Translations under genes and position numbers: made by a program | Notes under the pieces: model-generated | The model's database searches: none | Told to the model about the DNA's origin: nothing | What the model saw: the letters and a program-made list of their open reading frames with translations, nothing else | DNA from: Lama guanicoe | Lineage: Eukaryota | DNA length: 64,000 nucleotides | Direction: 5' to 3' | Assembly (NCBI GenBank): GCA_013239625.1 | Contig: MU054323.1 | Coordinates: forward strand, 9,765,186-9,829,185 | Part shown: in pieces, positions 24,375 through 38,404 of the stretch | Position numbering within the stretch: position 1 is the stretch's first letter | Layout: every line of letters begins with the position of its first letter

Positions 24375-25814
24375 CAAAATGTCTGAGTTCCCTCCCAACC
24401 CTACCTCCATCCTAATTTTTAAAATCAAAGTTAACCAAAGTTTATACACTGTAATTCCTGAGAGCAGTTTCTTTTTTTGAAAATTTTTTGCTTTGGAGTC
24501 CAGTCGTCTTGCAGTGGCAGAGTTCCTCCATTCCTTTAAACTCCCCTCAAAGACTGCATATCTACACATGGTCCCATGTATCCCCCTGTGAATACAGGGA
24601 AATCCACAGATTCCCAGGAGGGGCAGGAATGCTAAGCCCTTAGCCCTTCCCTACCCCAAGCATTCCCATCAAGGTGTGGTCTTCCTACCTGGTGGCATTC
24701 TGAGCCTTCTTACTGCCAGGACCGTTCATGGGCCTCCTGGGGCTTAAAGGCCATGTTGATAACTTGAACATGACAGGGCCCACTGGTCTCATTCTGAGCG
24801 AATTAATGTAGTTCTGGCCTTCTCTTCCAAAGCAGCTCAGTAGTTCTTCCCATCTACCCAGGTGAGAGGCTTCTGTTTCATAAAAGCAAGTGGGAGGGAT
24901 TAGATCTGTAAACAAAAGGTGAATACTGCCATGGAGCCATATTATTTATACTATGAGACTGCCCATGGCTCACCAGGCACTGTCTCAGCCATGCCCCAAA
25001 TTTTAAAAGTAAAACAAATCTAAAATCATCTAACAGCATCTTATCCTGTGCTATAGCGTTTAGGGAAATAATGACATGGTCCAGTGTTTTCATCCAGAGC
25101 CATCTCAGATATAAAGCTACAGCATTATGCCAACTTTTCAGATCATCATCTTTCTTACTAGAATTTTACCCCTGGAGTGACAGAAAATTAATAAGAAACC
25201 AATAGCACTGGACCGGATCTCAGAGGTCATCTAGCCAGGATGTTCTGTAACTGAAATACAGAGACATGGGGCAGTTTGTCCAGGACCACACAGACAGTTA
25301 GTGGCAGAACAGGGATTAGAACCCAGGTCTAATGGCCAAGTGGCCCGGCCACAGCACCACCCTGCCTCCCAGCTCCCAATCTGATAAGCACATGTGTAAC
25401 TGGTGAATTCATGTCTCGTAATTAGGGTCCTATGACATAGTGTCTGCAGGCTTTGGCTGACACCTCGGGTACCCCACTGTGGCAACAAATACTTGAAAAT
25501 GTTTCATCTCCCTGAACAGTTTCTGCCTCCTTCTCCAGACACTTTCACAAAGCCAGAAACATCAACAGCACTAGGGAACATTTTCCTCCTCTTGTCTTCT
25601 TATGAATAATTTCTCCTCCTCTTTTCTGATGTCTCTTCCCCCATGGCTGCCTGCTCCCTCTCAGCTAACACTGACATCTCCCCGGGCGCTGGGTGACAAT
25701 GCTAGTCTCCTAATTGGCATCCCTGTCTCCAGGCTTACAGCCATTAGAAGAGCAATAATCAGCCCTGGCTGTGTATGACAATGACCTGGGGACTTTTAAA
25801 AACAATTATTACCT

Positions 25815-26092
25815 ACAAGCACTTTGGGAAACCTTGGAATATCTACTAAAGCTGAACATATGTATTTGCTGTGACCCCACAATTTCACTCCGATGTAGGT
25901 CCCTAACAGAAAGGTAGACACGGATTCACCAAAAGATGGGCACAACAGAATTTTCATAGCAGCCCTATTCACAGTCCTTAAATGGGAAACTCCCCAAATG
26001 TCTACCAGCAGCAGATTGGATAAACAAACCGTGGTACCTTCATACAATAGAATAGCTTACAGCATTGCGAATAAAACTTCAACAATATGCAA

Positions 26093-26132
<40 letters not shown>

Positions 26133-26350
26133 CAAAAACAAGAGAATTAATGCATGGTCTTACTGGGGGATGAACTGTACTGGAAGAGAGGAGGAGGGGG
26201 CTTCCAAGAACTGATGTTACTCTGTCCCTTGATCTGGATGCTAGTTACGTGGGCAAGCCCATTTCACCACAAGTTATCAGTAGCTCACTTGTGATTTGTA
26301 CTTGTTTCTCTACATATGTTAGCTTCAGTAAAAAGTTCACTTTAAAAAAA
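25815..26350 (+). mobile_element. L1ME-like fragment containing a (CA)n microsatellite (about 26095-26130), nested in a MER5-like hAT element (about 25750-26470)
   Basis: ctttgggaaac..aatatctactaaagctgaacata..gaccccacaatttcactcc are L1ME motifs; flanks acctggggactttt / ccccaggtgat..tttgcgaaccactg are MER5-like. Confidence 0.65.
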
Positions 26351-26989
26351 AATGCCAGTGTCTGGGTCTCACCCTCCAGAACTTCTGACTCAGTCTGGGA
26401 TAGCACCTGGGCTCAGTACAGTTTAAAAGCGCCCCAGGTGATATTGTTATATGTGGTTTGCGAACCACTGCCTGAGATCTGTTTGCCACAGGGCAACCAC
26501 AGCAGTCTTCCTTAATGAAACCTGACCAGGTCACTCAGACTTCCAAGGTCTGGCCTTCCCTGAAGAAGAAAGGCCAACCCCTCAGCCCAGCACCCTGGGC
26601 CTTCTGCGACCTGGCCCCAGTTAACCTCTCCAGCAGCCGCTCGGCCTCCCCTGGATTTGCACTTGGCCATCCAGCCAGGAGTGCAGCTTGCAGCATCACC
26701 TCACTCCTACATGCCTCTGTGGGTTTACTCTGCTTTCTCCTTGTCTCCCGCGGCCCTTTCAGCCCCTTCTCCTGGCTAGCTCTTACCCACATCAGCACTC
26801 ACCTCAGGTACCAGCTGAGTCCCCAGAGCAGACTGGAGGCCCATCTTGCCCCCTGCTTTGTCGCAGTCATTTGCCACATGGTTGATGTCCTCAGGGTCCA
26901 CCTTAGGAAAGACGGGTTCTAGGAAACACAACTCCTGTCCCATGGCCAGTCCCAGGCCCCGTCTTCCAGGTCTCTGTGACTCCAGTTGA

Positions 26990-28400
26990 TCCATCCATTT
27001 CTGGAGTGCCCTATGCAGCCGGTACTGCTTCAGGTGCTGGGAAAAGATTGTCCCCGCTTCCCGTGGAGCTCACAGTCTGGTAGAGAAAAGAGATTAAAAA
27101 AACCCAAACAAATCAAAGTAATTTCTGACAACATGCAGGGTTTAAAAAAACAAAAACAAAAACAGGGTGATGTGACAGAGAGTAAGGGAGGGGGAGAGGG
27201 AGGCCTCACCGGAGGGGGACATGTGAACTGAGAACTGAATGTCGAGAGGCTGCCAGGCGTGCAGAGGTCCCGGGCCAGAGTGTTCCAGGCAGAGGAAACA
27301 GGACCTGTGTGGGCCCAGAGTCAGGAATGAGTTTGAAGTGTCTGAGATGCATCAAGGCCAGTGCAGCTGGAGGGGAGGGAGCAAGGGCAGAGAGGTGGGC
27401 GACAGCAGGGGCCAAGTCCTGGGAGGGCTTTGAAATGGAAAGCCATTGATCTGGTCGGCCCACTGGCCACTGTTTAGATTGACTAGAGGGAAGCAAGAGT
27501 GGAATTAGGAAGACCTTTCAGAAGCTAAAGTCCACGTAAGAGATAAAGGTGGCCAGGACCAGGGTGACAGCAGAGGAGGAGAGAAGTGATCAGGTATATA
27601 GATGTGTCTTGGACTGGCTGGTGATGAAATAGAAGAGGAACAAAAGATAACTTGAGTTTGGGGTTAAGGAAATTGGACAGATGGTTGACACATGCAGAGA
27701 GACATAGGGCTGGGAAGGTAAAAATCAAAAGTTCTCATTTTGGACATGGTAAGTAAGAGCTGCCTCCTGGAAATCCACCTGGAGGTATCAGGTAAGGTGT
27801 TAAATGTATGATTCTGGAGCTCAGAGATAGTCAGGAATGGAGATTTAGCGGGGAAACGTGGCAGTTATTAGCACAGAAGTGGTATTCAAGACCATGGGAT
27901 TGACTGCGAGCTCCTAGAGAAAGACTAGGTGGGAAAAGTAGAGGACCACCTGCCAAGCCCTAGGGTGTTCATTCCAACTTTTGACCCAGGGACAGATGAG
28001 GAGAGTGGGGAGGTAGGAAGAAACAAAGGTGCGTGTCACAGGAGCCAAGAGAAGTATTTTGAAAGGGAGGCATCAACTTGGACAAATACTGCTGAAAAGT
28101 CAAGCAAGATGAAGACCAAAAAAAATGCCCACTGAATCGGCAATATGGAGGTCATTGGTGACCTTCACCAGAGCTTCAGTCAAGTGACAGAGACTAAAGA
28201 ACCTATTGGAATGGGTATTAGAATGGGAGGTTGGCAAGCACGACCAGTGGCTACAAACGATTCTTCCTAAAGTTATGAAGAGCAGTGGTGAAGGCAGCTG
28301 GAGGAGGGTGGGACCAGGGGGACAGTTAAAGGCTGGGAGATAGAGTGGGTTGTGCACTGATGCCAACGAACCAGAGGAAAGGGAGAAACTGATACAATCA
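26990..28400 (-). mobile_element. L2 LINE remnant
   Basis: ggagctcacagtctgg, tgttccaggcagaggaaaca, tttggacatg, ggaggtcattggtgacctt are typical L2 motifs. Confidence 0.75.
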
Positions 28401-29732
28401 TCAAGCCCATATGATCATTACCTTCTTCTACACCAGTTTGTTCCTGGGCTCCTGGAATATCACTGGGAATCAGCCAACCTGATCTGCGGCATTCGTTCTG
28501 TCACTAGGTGGTTCTGTGATAGCAGAAATAATACTGTCTTACTTATGTCAGCCGCCTCCTGCTCACATGTTTCATCTTCTCCTTTGATGTTCACAACAAC
28601 CAAACGTGGAATTTTCAGGACAGGGTTTAATGCCTCTGCCCAACCTGGGGGCATTTCAGGAGTCTTTCAGGCACCACACTGCTCATCAGCAGAGCCAGGC
28701 CCCCAGCCGATGTGCCCACTGTGCTGTGTCCAGTCACCGTGGTGTCTCTCCCAGGACCAGAGCAGCCCTTCCGCCTCTAATTGTTACTGACAAGCAGGTG
28801 TGAAAGGCTTTAAGCCAACAAAAAGCAAGGTCATGGCCAGGGGTGGTCATTAGCTGGCATAGCATACTTTCACTTCCCTCACTGGCAGTACCTGGGAGTC
28901 AGGAGCTGATGAGGTCAGGGACAGGTAGGGAAGCAGGTTATATGATGGGTGGAGCCTAGACGTTCAGGACCGAGCCTGAATGGCTGAGTGCCAGGGATTC
29001 ATTCTCCTCGGTGCTGGCCACATGTCAGGAGACAGGCTACAGGCCAAAGATGCTAGGGGGCAGGGGAAGGGGTGGTTACAGCAGCTTCCAGCTCATTCTC
29101 AGAGGGCCCCAGGATGAAAGGCATTAAGCAGAACCTCCTTGAACCACAACTGCTCCCAGGATATTTCAAGTAAACCTTTTCATCTATGCGGAAAACAGCC
29201 AGAAGTAGCTCAAGTGAGAAAACTCCAGTTTCTTCGGGTTGACAAGCCAAGTGTAGTAACGGTGTCATGGTAACCAGCATGTTTTCCGAGTTTTCCTGAA
29301 ATTGACTAGCCCCACACACTTCACGAAGTTGGTAAATATGATTATCACCATTTTATAAAGTTGAAAATGCAGTGTCTGCAATCACAGCCACCCACCCACA
29401 AGGGAAGCAGGAGATGGAGGTTCTGGGCCCTGCCTTCCCATCTACTCAGTGGAGCCTCTGGACCAGCCCGGCTCTCCTGGGCCTCAGTGTCCTCCTCAAT
29501 AAATCCAAGACACAGACTCAGGGTCTCACTGCTCTGATGGACTCTGACTTGCCACTCTGTGAGTCAGAGGTCAGGTCCAGCTCCAGCCGTGGGGCTGCTA
29601 ATTTCTGCCATGAGTCTTGCCCCTGTGCTGGTTTCAGCCTTGCAAAGGGAGGGAATCTAATGTGAGATACGCCTCCGATGGGGGGCTCTCCCCTAGTCTG
29701 GGAGGGAATCAGGGTTTCCTTTTCTCCCTCAG

Positions 29733-29807
29733 CTGGAACCAGTTGGCGGTAAGACGACCTCCAACAACTTCACCTACAGCAGAACCAAACTCAAGTGCCC
29801 GTCTTCT
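29733..29807 (+). CDS. PLB1: PLB1 penultimate exon, [25 protein letters not shown]
   Basis: ttttctccctcag| acceptor, TCT|gtgagt donor, 75 nt. Confidence 0.94.
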
Positions 29808-31330
29808 GTGAGTAAGGTCCCACCTGTCGGGTGGGGAACAGGTGCCTGGGTTGGGGCTGGGGGAGGTTCCTGGCCACCTGGAGGCGCAAGAGTCCCCTGG
29901 GAGGCTTTACATCATGCACGTTCTACTCACTACCACCATTCTCAAATCTCACCTCTCCTCACTGCCCCATGCTTCTCAGGGCCTTCTCAGGGTGAGTGAG
30001 GGGAGGGAGGAAGCAGAGGGTTCGCTGAAGCAGGAAGAGGCCCTAAGGGGAGGAAGATGAGCAAGCACTGGCCAGAACCTCATTATTCCCATGACCCCGG
30101 GGAGCCTGGGCATCCTCCGTCTTAAGCATATGTCAAGGGGGCCTCCCCTGCCAGGAAGGCTACCGAGAGCAGAGGGTCAGAAGGCAAAGAGAAATGAGAC
30201 ACCGTGTGTCTGTGCCGGGAGGCTGCATCCTCTTCCTCCCTTTCCAACACTGCCAGTTTCCAGGCCCGCACGGCCCTCACCCGGACCACTGACCAAGCCC
30301 CTACCTCTTCCCTGGCTCTCCCTCCTCCCTTCTCCGTCCATCTTGTAATCACTGCCTGACACAGAGCAGCCCACCTGGAAGGAACTCCAGTCTTTTCGAG
30401 GCTGCCTGAAGCCTGGTCCCTGTGCCCACTGAAGAGAGTCCAGACGGAGGCCCCTCTTCCTCTACCACCTTAGGCACGCACTCTGCTCCCGGAAAACAGA
30501 GCATCTTCCCAGAGAAGCCCCACGATGGCCCCCATCTGTGCTCTCACTTCTGCCATTGGCTCCTCAAGGAGGCACGTCCCCCATCTCCGCCTGCAGGAAT
30601 GTCTCACATCCTGCAAGGCCCAGATGCTGCCCTCCCCAGGCTGCCGTTCACCTCATTTCACCCTCCTGTACCCGCTCCAGACACACACCTCTGTTGGTCT
30701 CTCTTTTCTGTGTGCACCTCACAAGCACTGACTCAGGCTCCTTTGTGATGTGATTGTTTCTGAACACGTCTTATCTCCCAAATGGATGATGACAGATGTC
30801 ACATCTGAACCCCCAGGCACTCTCCCAGCTCCTAGCACTGGGCTCCCCATGGCAAGCACACCATCAGTGGGAGGGAGGAAAGATTCCAGGGAGGCAGGTC
30901 CTTCACATGTTGGGTTCTTCATCTACTACAGAACCAGCTGTCCCTCCACCCGCCTTTCCCGCTCCCGGGCACCCCTGGGCTGGGAGAATGGGACTAGTTG
31001 TCCAGTAGGGGCCTGGAGGAAACAGAGGTGGGGCTCTGCCAGCTCCCCATGGGTCACCTGTCAGTTTCCAACCTTGCAAAATTAACAGGGAAGTTGATGT
31101 CGGTAAGAAACCAAAAGTTGTGGCTAGGTATTGGCCACTTCGGACACCCCTCCTCATTCACAGGGTGAGTGGATGGGCACTGGCTTTGAGCACAGCGTGG
31201 ATGAAGGTGTGTTACAAACAGGGAAGAGTGGTGGAACCAAGATTATTGTGCTGTCTCTGGGAGGGGCAGTAAGCAGGCCTCAGATGGATGGTCTTCAGGC
31301 CCTTAACCCTGACCCTCTCCTCCTCCCCAG

Positions 31331-31534
31331 GAGAGCCCTTACCTCCGTACCCTGAGGAACAGTCAGCTGCTCCAAGACCAGGCTGAAGCAGGCCCCCAGG
31401 TGCTCTCCTGGGCCCTGCCAGTGGCGGCAGGAGGCGGCCTGGTGGTTGGTGTCAGTGCAATGATGATATGGAGAGCCCTGAGAGGTCGCCAGAGGGAAAA
31501 TCTGTCCATCGATCTGAACACGATGCGTTTCTAG
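31331..31534 (+). CDS. PLB1: PLB1 terminal coding exon, ESPYLRTLRNSQLLQDQAEAGPQVLSWALPVAAGGGLVVGVSAMMIWRALRGRQRENLSIDLNTMRF* (TM helix plus basic cytoplasmic tail)
   Basis: ctcctccccag| acceptor; hydrophobic stretch VLSWALPVAAGGGLVVGVSAMMIW followed by an Arg-rich stop-transfer; TAG at 31532-31534. Confidence 0.94.
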   Translation, partial: ESPYLRTLRNSQLLQDQAEAGPQVLSWALPVAAGGGLVVGVSAMMIWRALRGRQRENLSIDLNTMRF

Positions 31535-31716
31535 GCCTGCCAGCCACATGCAGGCTCCCATCCTAACTTCCCCAGCCACGCTCCCCACCAACCCCTACCT
31601 CAGCCACCCCTGGCCCTCACTTCACCTCACTTCAACACCTGGTGACATACGAAGCCAAAGGGACAGTCACAACTTCTTGGGGCCTGGGACCTTTGCTCCT
31701 GAAATTGGCACATTTA

Positions 31717-31722
31717 AATAAA
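31717..31722 (+). terminator. PLB1: PLB1 polyadenylation signal AATAAA (short 3' UTR of about 200 nt)
   Basis: First canonical AATAAA about 180 nt after the stop, followed by T/GT-rich sequence. Confidence 0.8.
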
Positions 31723-34700
31723 GACCAAAGCTGTTCTATTCTTGGGTTAGCCTGCTTGCAGCTCTCACCTTCCATCGGCTGTGCGGCACAGGTGTGGGAG
31801 CCAGAACCTCGCATGTCCTGTCTCAGCCAGAGCTGTCCAAGGGAGGCCAACCAGAGCCCAGACCGCCCCAGTCAGGCTCCAGCCCTGCTCCCAACAATCA
31901 CCTCGTCAGTCACCACACCACTATCTCAAATGTGGGGAAAACGCTGGTCACCAGGCGGTGGTGGGAATTTTGGAGCTGGCTGGCCACTATGAGACAATCC
32001 AACACATACCTGTTATGCACCTTTTTTGTACCCAGGAAAAGGTAGAGCACTGTGGTACCTACCTCAAGGCTGAGTATGTCATGGCCTGGCAGAGAAGACA
32101 AACTCTTTCCAAAAACTAAGATGCTCTGTGACAGTATGTGATGCAGGACTCAGGCAGTGGTAGGTCAATGTGTCCAGCTGCTTTCAAGAACAGGAGCTCC
32201 TTGGGGAAGGTTTCCTGAAGAGAGCAAATTTTAAAATGTCATTTTAAAAAATGATTGGGACATGAATACTTCACATACCCTCAACCTGATTTTCTCAAAG
32301 TGCTAAATTTAGCAAAGAATTCCTCTCTCTATATTACCAGGTTTATGAGAGAGCTAGACAGAGTCTGATGATACAGGCCCCCACTCACTGAGCCCCTACC
32401 AGGGGTGAGGCCCTGAGCTGGATGTCGGACACAGATAATCTCTTCCATTCTGCACAACATCCCAGAGAGAGGGATGATGAAAAAGTTTTGAAAATAGAAG
32501 TAGTGATTGTACAACATGATGACTGCACTAAATGCCACTGAATGGTTCACTTTAAAATGGCTAATTGTGTGTCATGGGGATTTCACGTCAGTAAAACCCA
32601 AACAAAAATCCATTATCAACATTCTGAGTACCTCCCAGATCCCAAAGCCTGAGATGGCAAAGAATGAGAGAATTCCAGATGGACCATTTGAATGTGTGGC
32701 CTTCCCAACAAATCCTATCACCAAACCTGAGCCCCAGTTTCCCAGATACCTCATCTATAAAATTGGAAGAAAAAAAGCCATTTCGCCTGTCTCTCAGCAC
32801 AGCTGAAAAACAAGGAGCTGTATAAAAGTTCTCTGCGACTCAAATACTCTACCCACGAAAGTGGGTGGTTTTCTCCTCTATGAAGAATTGAGGCAGGGTC
32901 TGGACTGTTGGGGAAGGGGAGAGGGCCAGAGATGGGTTTGGGGAATAATGTATGGATGAAGACTGTCTGTCTTCCTCCCATGAGGGTCCATCATCTTATT
33001 TCATCATCCCCCAGAGGACCTATCCAGTCCGAGTGTCCTCCTGGCTTCAATTTCTGTTTCTGTACAAGGGGAACAGCATACCTGCACCACACCTTCCCGT
33101 GGATGAAAAACCAGGACTGAATCACACATACCCTAAAGAACCATTGCACCTAAGCTCGTGCTCTGACTTCAGTGTAACAATAAAGATAACCCATTCAGTT
33201 GCAGAGTTCAGTTTTTTAAAATCCCTTAAGTTTCTATTCTAGTAGCTCCTACTTCAAAGAACTAAGCATTCATAACCACAAGTCTACCCTCACTTGGGTT
33301 GGGGGTTGAAATTTACACTACCTGAAAATCCAGGTGCCCCCAGCTTGAAAAAAATTAATGAAAGATGTGGTTCCAGATTGGTAATCAAGGAACATCTTGC
33401 AGAAATAGAGAGAAATCCTCTCTGGAGGGACACAACCACCAGCCAGGCCCCCAATTCCCACCAAATAAATGCTTAAAATGCCAAAATTTAAAAATACATG
33501 AGCACACTGATTTGAACTGGAACGTGTCCTTTTCCTGTAGGAAAATGTTCAGTCTAGTTAGGAGGACAGCCACAGCCACACCATGAGCAAAACCACCACA
33601 TCCTGAGAAAGCTACACTCTGTGGTACTCTCTGCAGAGGCTTTTGAGTTCAAAAAAGAGGTTAGTATGGAATAAACTTGGTGAAAAGCCTTTATAAAGGA
33701 CATGGAACTTTAGTGGAGCTCTGAAGGATGGTAAACTGATTCGGTTAGAGGCTGAAAAGAATGAGGTCATGGAGGCTGGGAAGACTCCATCTAAGTGGGA
33801 GATGAAAGAGCACGGTGTGTATAGAGGTCAACAAGAAAGATGCTGCCCAGAAAAAACTGAGGACGGATGAGCTAGATACAGTCAGATTAGGGGCACACTG
33901 TGGAAGGGGCAAGGAATTAATAGTGGTTATATTCTTAGAATGGTTGTAATATCAGGCTGCATGGGATTTGAGACTATACGTGTTAGTGGGGCAAGATTGG
34001 TACAAAGAAAAATAATACCGACAAAAGTTGATACAGAATGCTTACACTGTGACAGACGACGTGGTGCACAATAACTAAACTTCCATGTCCCTGTTATCGG
34101 CCCCTTTTTACAGAAGAGAAAACCAAGGCTCAGAAGAGTTAGTTGACCAAGAGTGATAACTTCATCACACAATGGGACATTTATTAAAATGAATACTGGT
34201 TTCCAGGCTAGAAGAATAACCCCAAAATATAAAACAGATGACTCTAGCAGTGCATTGGGCTGAACTGCAAAAAAATGGGGTATAAATTAAAAATCTAGAA
34301 AAGAGGGACACGTATTATTGTCACAAGGCCATGATGACACTATGGGTTCCTGTGCTCCCAGCTGGCCTGAGGAACCCAGCCATCTCTAGTTAATAAGCTA
34401 GGGTTTAAAAAATTAACTGTAGAGACTAAGATCTATTTTGCGGAGACAGAGCACCTAGCAAATCTTTTAATTAGAGAAAAAAGTGAAACAATCCCAGTGA
34501 GAATTGGTAGACACAACAAAAGATAGGATTAGACCCACATTTTACATAATCGTATTGAAGACAGACTGTATGTAAGTAGGTTTTGTAAGATGAAAGACAA
34601 AAGGAATTTAAAACATGAGACAGTAAGTATTTTTTTCAATAAAGGCAGATTTTTAAAAGAAGACCCAAATGGAGCTTCTAAAAATAAAATACATTGTGAT

Positions 34701-35639
34701 TAAAAGTAATCTTCAGTAAATTTGTTCAAATAACAGATTAGACACTCAGTGAACCAACATGCCTTGTGTATTTACTGTACATCAGGCACTGTTTTTAACA
34801 GTAAATTTATATTAGCCATTAATTCTTATAACAGCCCAATGAGATAGGTACTACTATTATCCCAATCTTATAGACAGAAAAACTGAAGCCAATTTGGTGT
34901 CTTTTCAGTGTTTTTGCAAGAATTAAATGAGATTAAAACAATAGTTTAAAAATAGATATTCAATAATTAATTCCCTTCCCATGTCCATATTAAATCCAAT
35001 AGATTATTCAGGGGGCTTTGTGAAATGACCATAATAATGAAAGTATATTTGGCACCTTATGGTACACAAAGCACTTTAATACATTCTCATTTGATCCACA
35101 CCACAAACTTGGAAGCAAAGTATAGTATTGCTAAGAAAAAATATCCCAAATTTGGAAAGAAGGCAGGAGACTGACCACATGCCCTGTCAATGTCATTGCT
35201 GAACAAGCTCATCTAAGAAACATTTAGTGATCTAAAATACACCTGTGTTTGCTTATTGTTTACTATTTGATTAGAGCCTAGATACTATAAAGTTATGTTG
35301 ACTAATGGATTAATGACTGGTGAAAAAGATAAAATCAAGGTTATGGTTTTATTACCCTATAAGACATTAACCAGTTTTTTATCTGTTAGCAACAGCATTT
35401 CAGCATTCCTTTGACCAACTAACAATGTAAATCTCCATTCCTCAAACTGTTCTTTGAACCAGACGTGACCGTCTTAATGGTTCCCTCATTAATCGCTGAG
35501 TTAAAGTCTTTGACATATGTTCATCCTGTATTCGTATGAGAATCATGTTTTTAACTTTTTAAAAAGAATGAATTTTTTAAATAACTAGGGAGAAAACTAA
35601 TTTTTTTAATTATAAGAAAATACACAAAGCCATAAGACG

Positions 35640-36240
35640 TATTCTAAAAGCCTAGTAAAGTTGAACAAGTGGGAACTGACAACCCAGTAATTCCATCCCT
35701 AGGTGATAAGATAGCTCCCAAAGAAACATTTGCAAACGTGTCTCTCTAGGGAGATGTGTACAAGAGTATTTGTGGCAGTGTTGTTCACAGAAACAATGAA
35801 GCTGGAAACCATGAGATCAATGTTCATCAGTAATGGGCTGGAAAAATAACTCCTGGTATATTAATATAATGGAGACTTCATGTATCAGAGAAAATGAGTT
35901 ACTACAGCTGCACTCATCAACTTGGGTGACCCTTACACAAAATGCTGAGTGAGAAGGAGGAAGATTACAGAGAATGCATGTAATATGAGTCCATTTACAC
36001 ATGGTGATGGTGGTAAAGCTAGTAAAGGAAATCAATGTAATGATTATCATAAAAACCAGTCAAGTTGTTACTTTTGAGAGGAGGAAGGGGGTGGTAGCAG
36101 AGGAGGGATGTAGGAAAAGGCTCTAAGATACCAGAATGGCAACTTCTTAACATGGGGGGTTGTTTCACAAGATCTTGCTTGAAGGTATATGTATTTCAGA
36201 CTTTTTCTATATGTATATTTCATCAGATCTTTGAAGTAAA
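35640..36240 (+). mobile_element. L1ME-like 3' fragment
   Basis: acccagtaattccatccctagg..tgtacaagagtatttgtggcagtgttgttcaca..gctggaaacc L1M motifs. Confidence 0.6.
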
Positions 36241-38404
36241 ACAATTAAGGAGGAAGATGTTTTACAGAACAAAGCTACTTACTATGCTGCTTATTCATTC
36301 CGCGATCAGTTGGAGAGGGCTGTATCCAGAACTTTGGTGAGTGTTCACTACAAAGTCACCGAAGTTGACCCGAGCAAAGAAACGGAGATCCCACATCAGA
36401 GCAGGTCCCAGACACAGCCGGCCCCAAACCAGCATCCCTGCAGCAGGCCAGACTGGGCCCAGCTCCTTAGCAGAAAGGCACTGTTAGGTGGTGGCCAGGG
36501 CTCACCAGGCTTCAGCAAAAGGTGGCCACTCAAGTGAGCATCCCCTGTATTCTACGCCAAGTCCAGAAGCCTTGTCACGATAAGCCTTCTCATTGTTCTG
36601 GCAGCTGGTACTGCAACAAGCCAAGGGCCACGGGACCTGCATCTTCCCAGAGAGGGGCAGGGTCCACCCCTATCGGACCCTGGCTGCACTGTCCTACGGT
36701 CATCAGGACACAGGCGCACAGTGTGGGATGAGCAGGAAGTGAGGAGGATGTGAGAAGGAAGGAAGTTAACAGAGGTTTCCCTTAAACACACTAACCTGGA
36801 TGGCATTTCAGGCATTTGAACTTCATTTTTCATGATCAGTTCAAGTCTCAAGCACAAGCAGACTCAGGGACTAGGATGGCTGGGGATCAGATGGGAGCAA
36901 AAAGGGATTCCAATCCTGAATTATTACAAGTAACCTTATTTCTTCAATGATAATAAAACAAGGGTAATGTCTGCCTTAAAAGGCTGTTAGTGAATTCAGT
37001 GAGGAAACGTATGAAAAGGGTCTGGCAGTGGAGGAGCTCGATAAACCCATCTCCTGGGGAAAACTGGGCTGAAAGTGTGTCCACGAGTCCCGCTCTCCCC
37101 ACCCCCGGCAGTATGTTGTCTACTTTGATTTTCCAAATGTTCTCAGCCTAAGCCCACAATAAAATTATTGGCCTTCCGGTAAAAGCTCAGTCTCACCCTG
37201 GCAACCTAAGACAAGGCCCTTCCCTTGGAGAGAACCAGCCTGCAGCCCTGGGTCCCACTCAGAGGAGAACTGAACAGCCACACAGCCTGCTTCTGACTGT
37301 TCCTTTCTGAGCATCATTACATTCAACTTTGAATTGTTTGCGTTTACCGATACCCCAGAAGGACGCTGAAAGAGGCTGACAGTACAGCCTCCTTTCAGGT
37401 GTTATCATCATGATTCCTCAAAGCTGGGGGTGGATCTAAGGGTCCAGGATACAAAGGAGTTCAGGCTCACCACCTAGTCCCCGGATCATCTGGGAGGCAG
37501 GTGTTTGCTCTGCTCACTCTGCCAGGGGACTCTACTATGACAAAGTCTGGTTTCAGTTCTTTTCTAAACCTGCCTGGGTTTGGAAATAAAAAAGATGGTC
37601 CTGCGTTAAAGCATCTAGTGCTCTGTGCTCTACAAAGCCAGCGTGACAGGCCCTCCCTGCACCCCTGCCCTCTGTCTGTGGGGAGAGGAAAGGAGGCAGC
37701 GGCCAAGGGGTGTCAACCCCCTGGAGAGGAAGTGCTGGGCCCTGGGGCAGAGCTGAGGAGGCCTACAGGGCAGCTTGGTTTTTTTCCACTTGCTGGAAGA
37801 ATAGTTCAGAGCATAGCTCCTGTGACCGGCAGATCGATGATAATCTCATTATATATGGAGGCTCCATTTCCACCTTTCTTTTTCACTTCTATTTCTGTAA
37901 CTCACTTTACACAGCAGGGCACACGACTGGAATCTCTTTGGGTCTGAAGTCCCATGAGGAGACAAGAAAACAGTTTCCAGAATTGTTCCCAGGGCAGCCC
38001 TCTTTCTAGAAGGCAGCACAGGTACAGGTGAAAACAGGATCTCATAAAATAAAATGTGAAAATTCGGGGAGGCCCTGAGTGTTAGGCACAGAACACACCT
38101 GGCATGGAGTGAACACTTAATAAAATGAGCTCCTGTTAGTATTATTCATAGGATGAGCCTTAGTTTTCATATTTGATGGCTTTTGTTCCTCTGCCAAATG
38201 CTTATTTATGTACTCAGGCACTTTCCCCCTGAGTTGATTATTTATGTTGTTCCTATGACAGAAATATTTTTACCGGGAGGTGTCTTCATTCATTCAGTCC
38301 ACCAGGCAGCCTGTGGAACTAAGGCTTATCACGTGTCCTGTGTGGGCCGTGAGTAAACATTGGTGAGGAAGGCATGCGTCACCTCCAAGGATTTTAGTCT
38401 GCCA

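Noticed and set aside
18873..31333. CAGGAG tandem (NAGNAG) acceptors at exons 18876, 20825 and 31331
   Set aside because: A distal GAG is rarely used, and the effect would be loss of one residue
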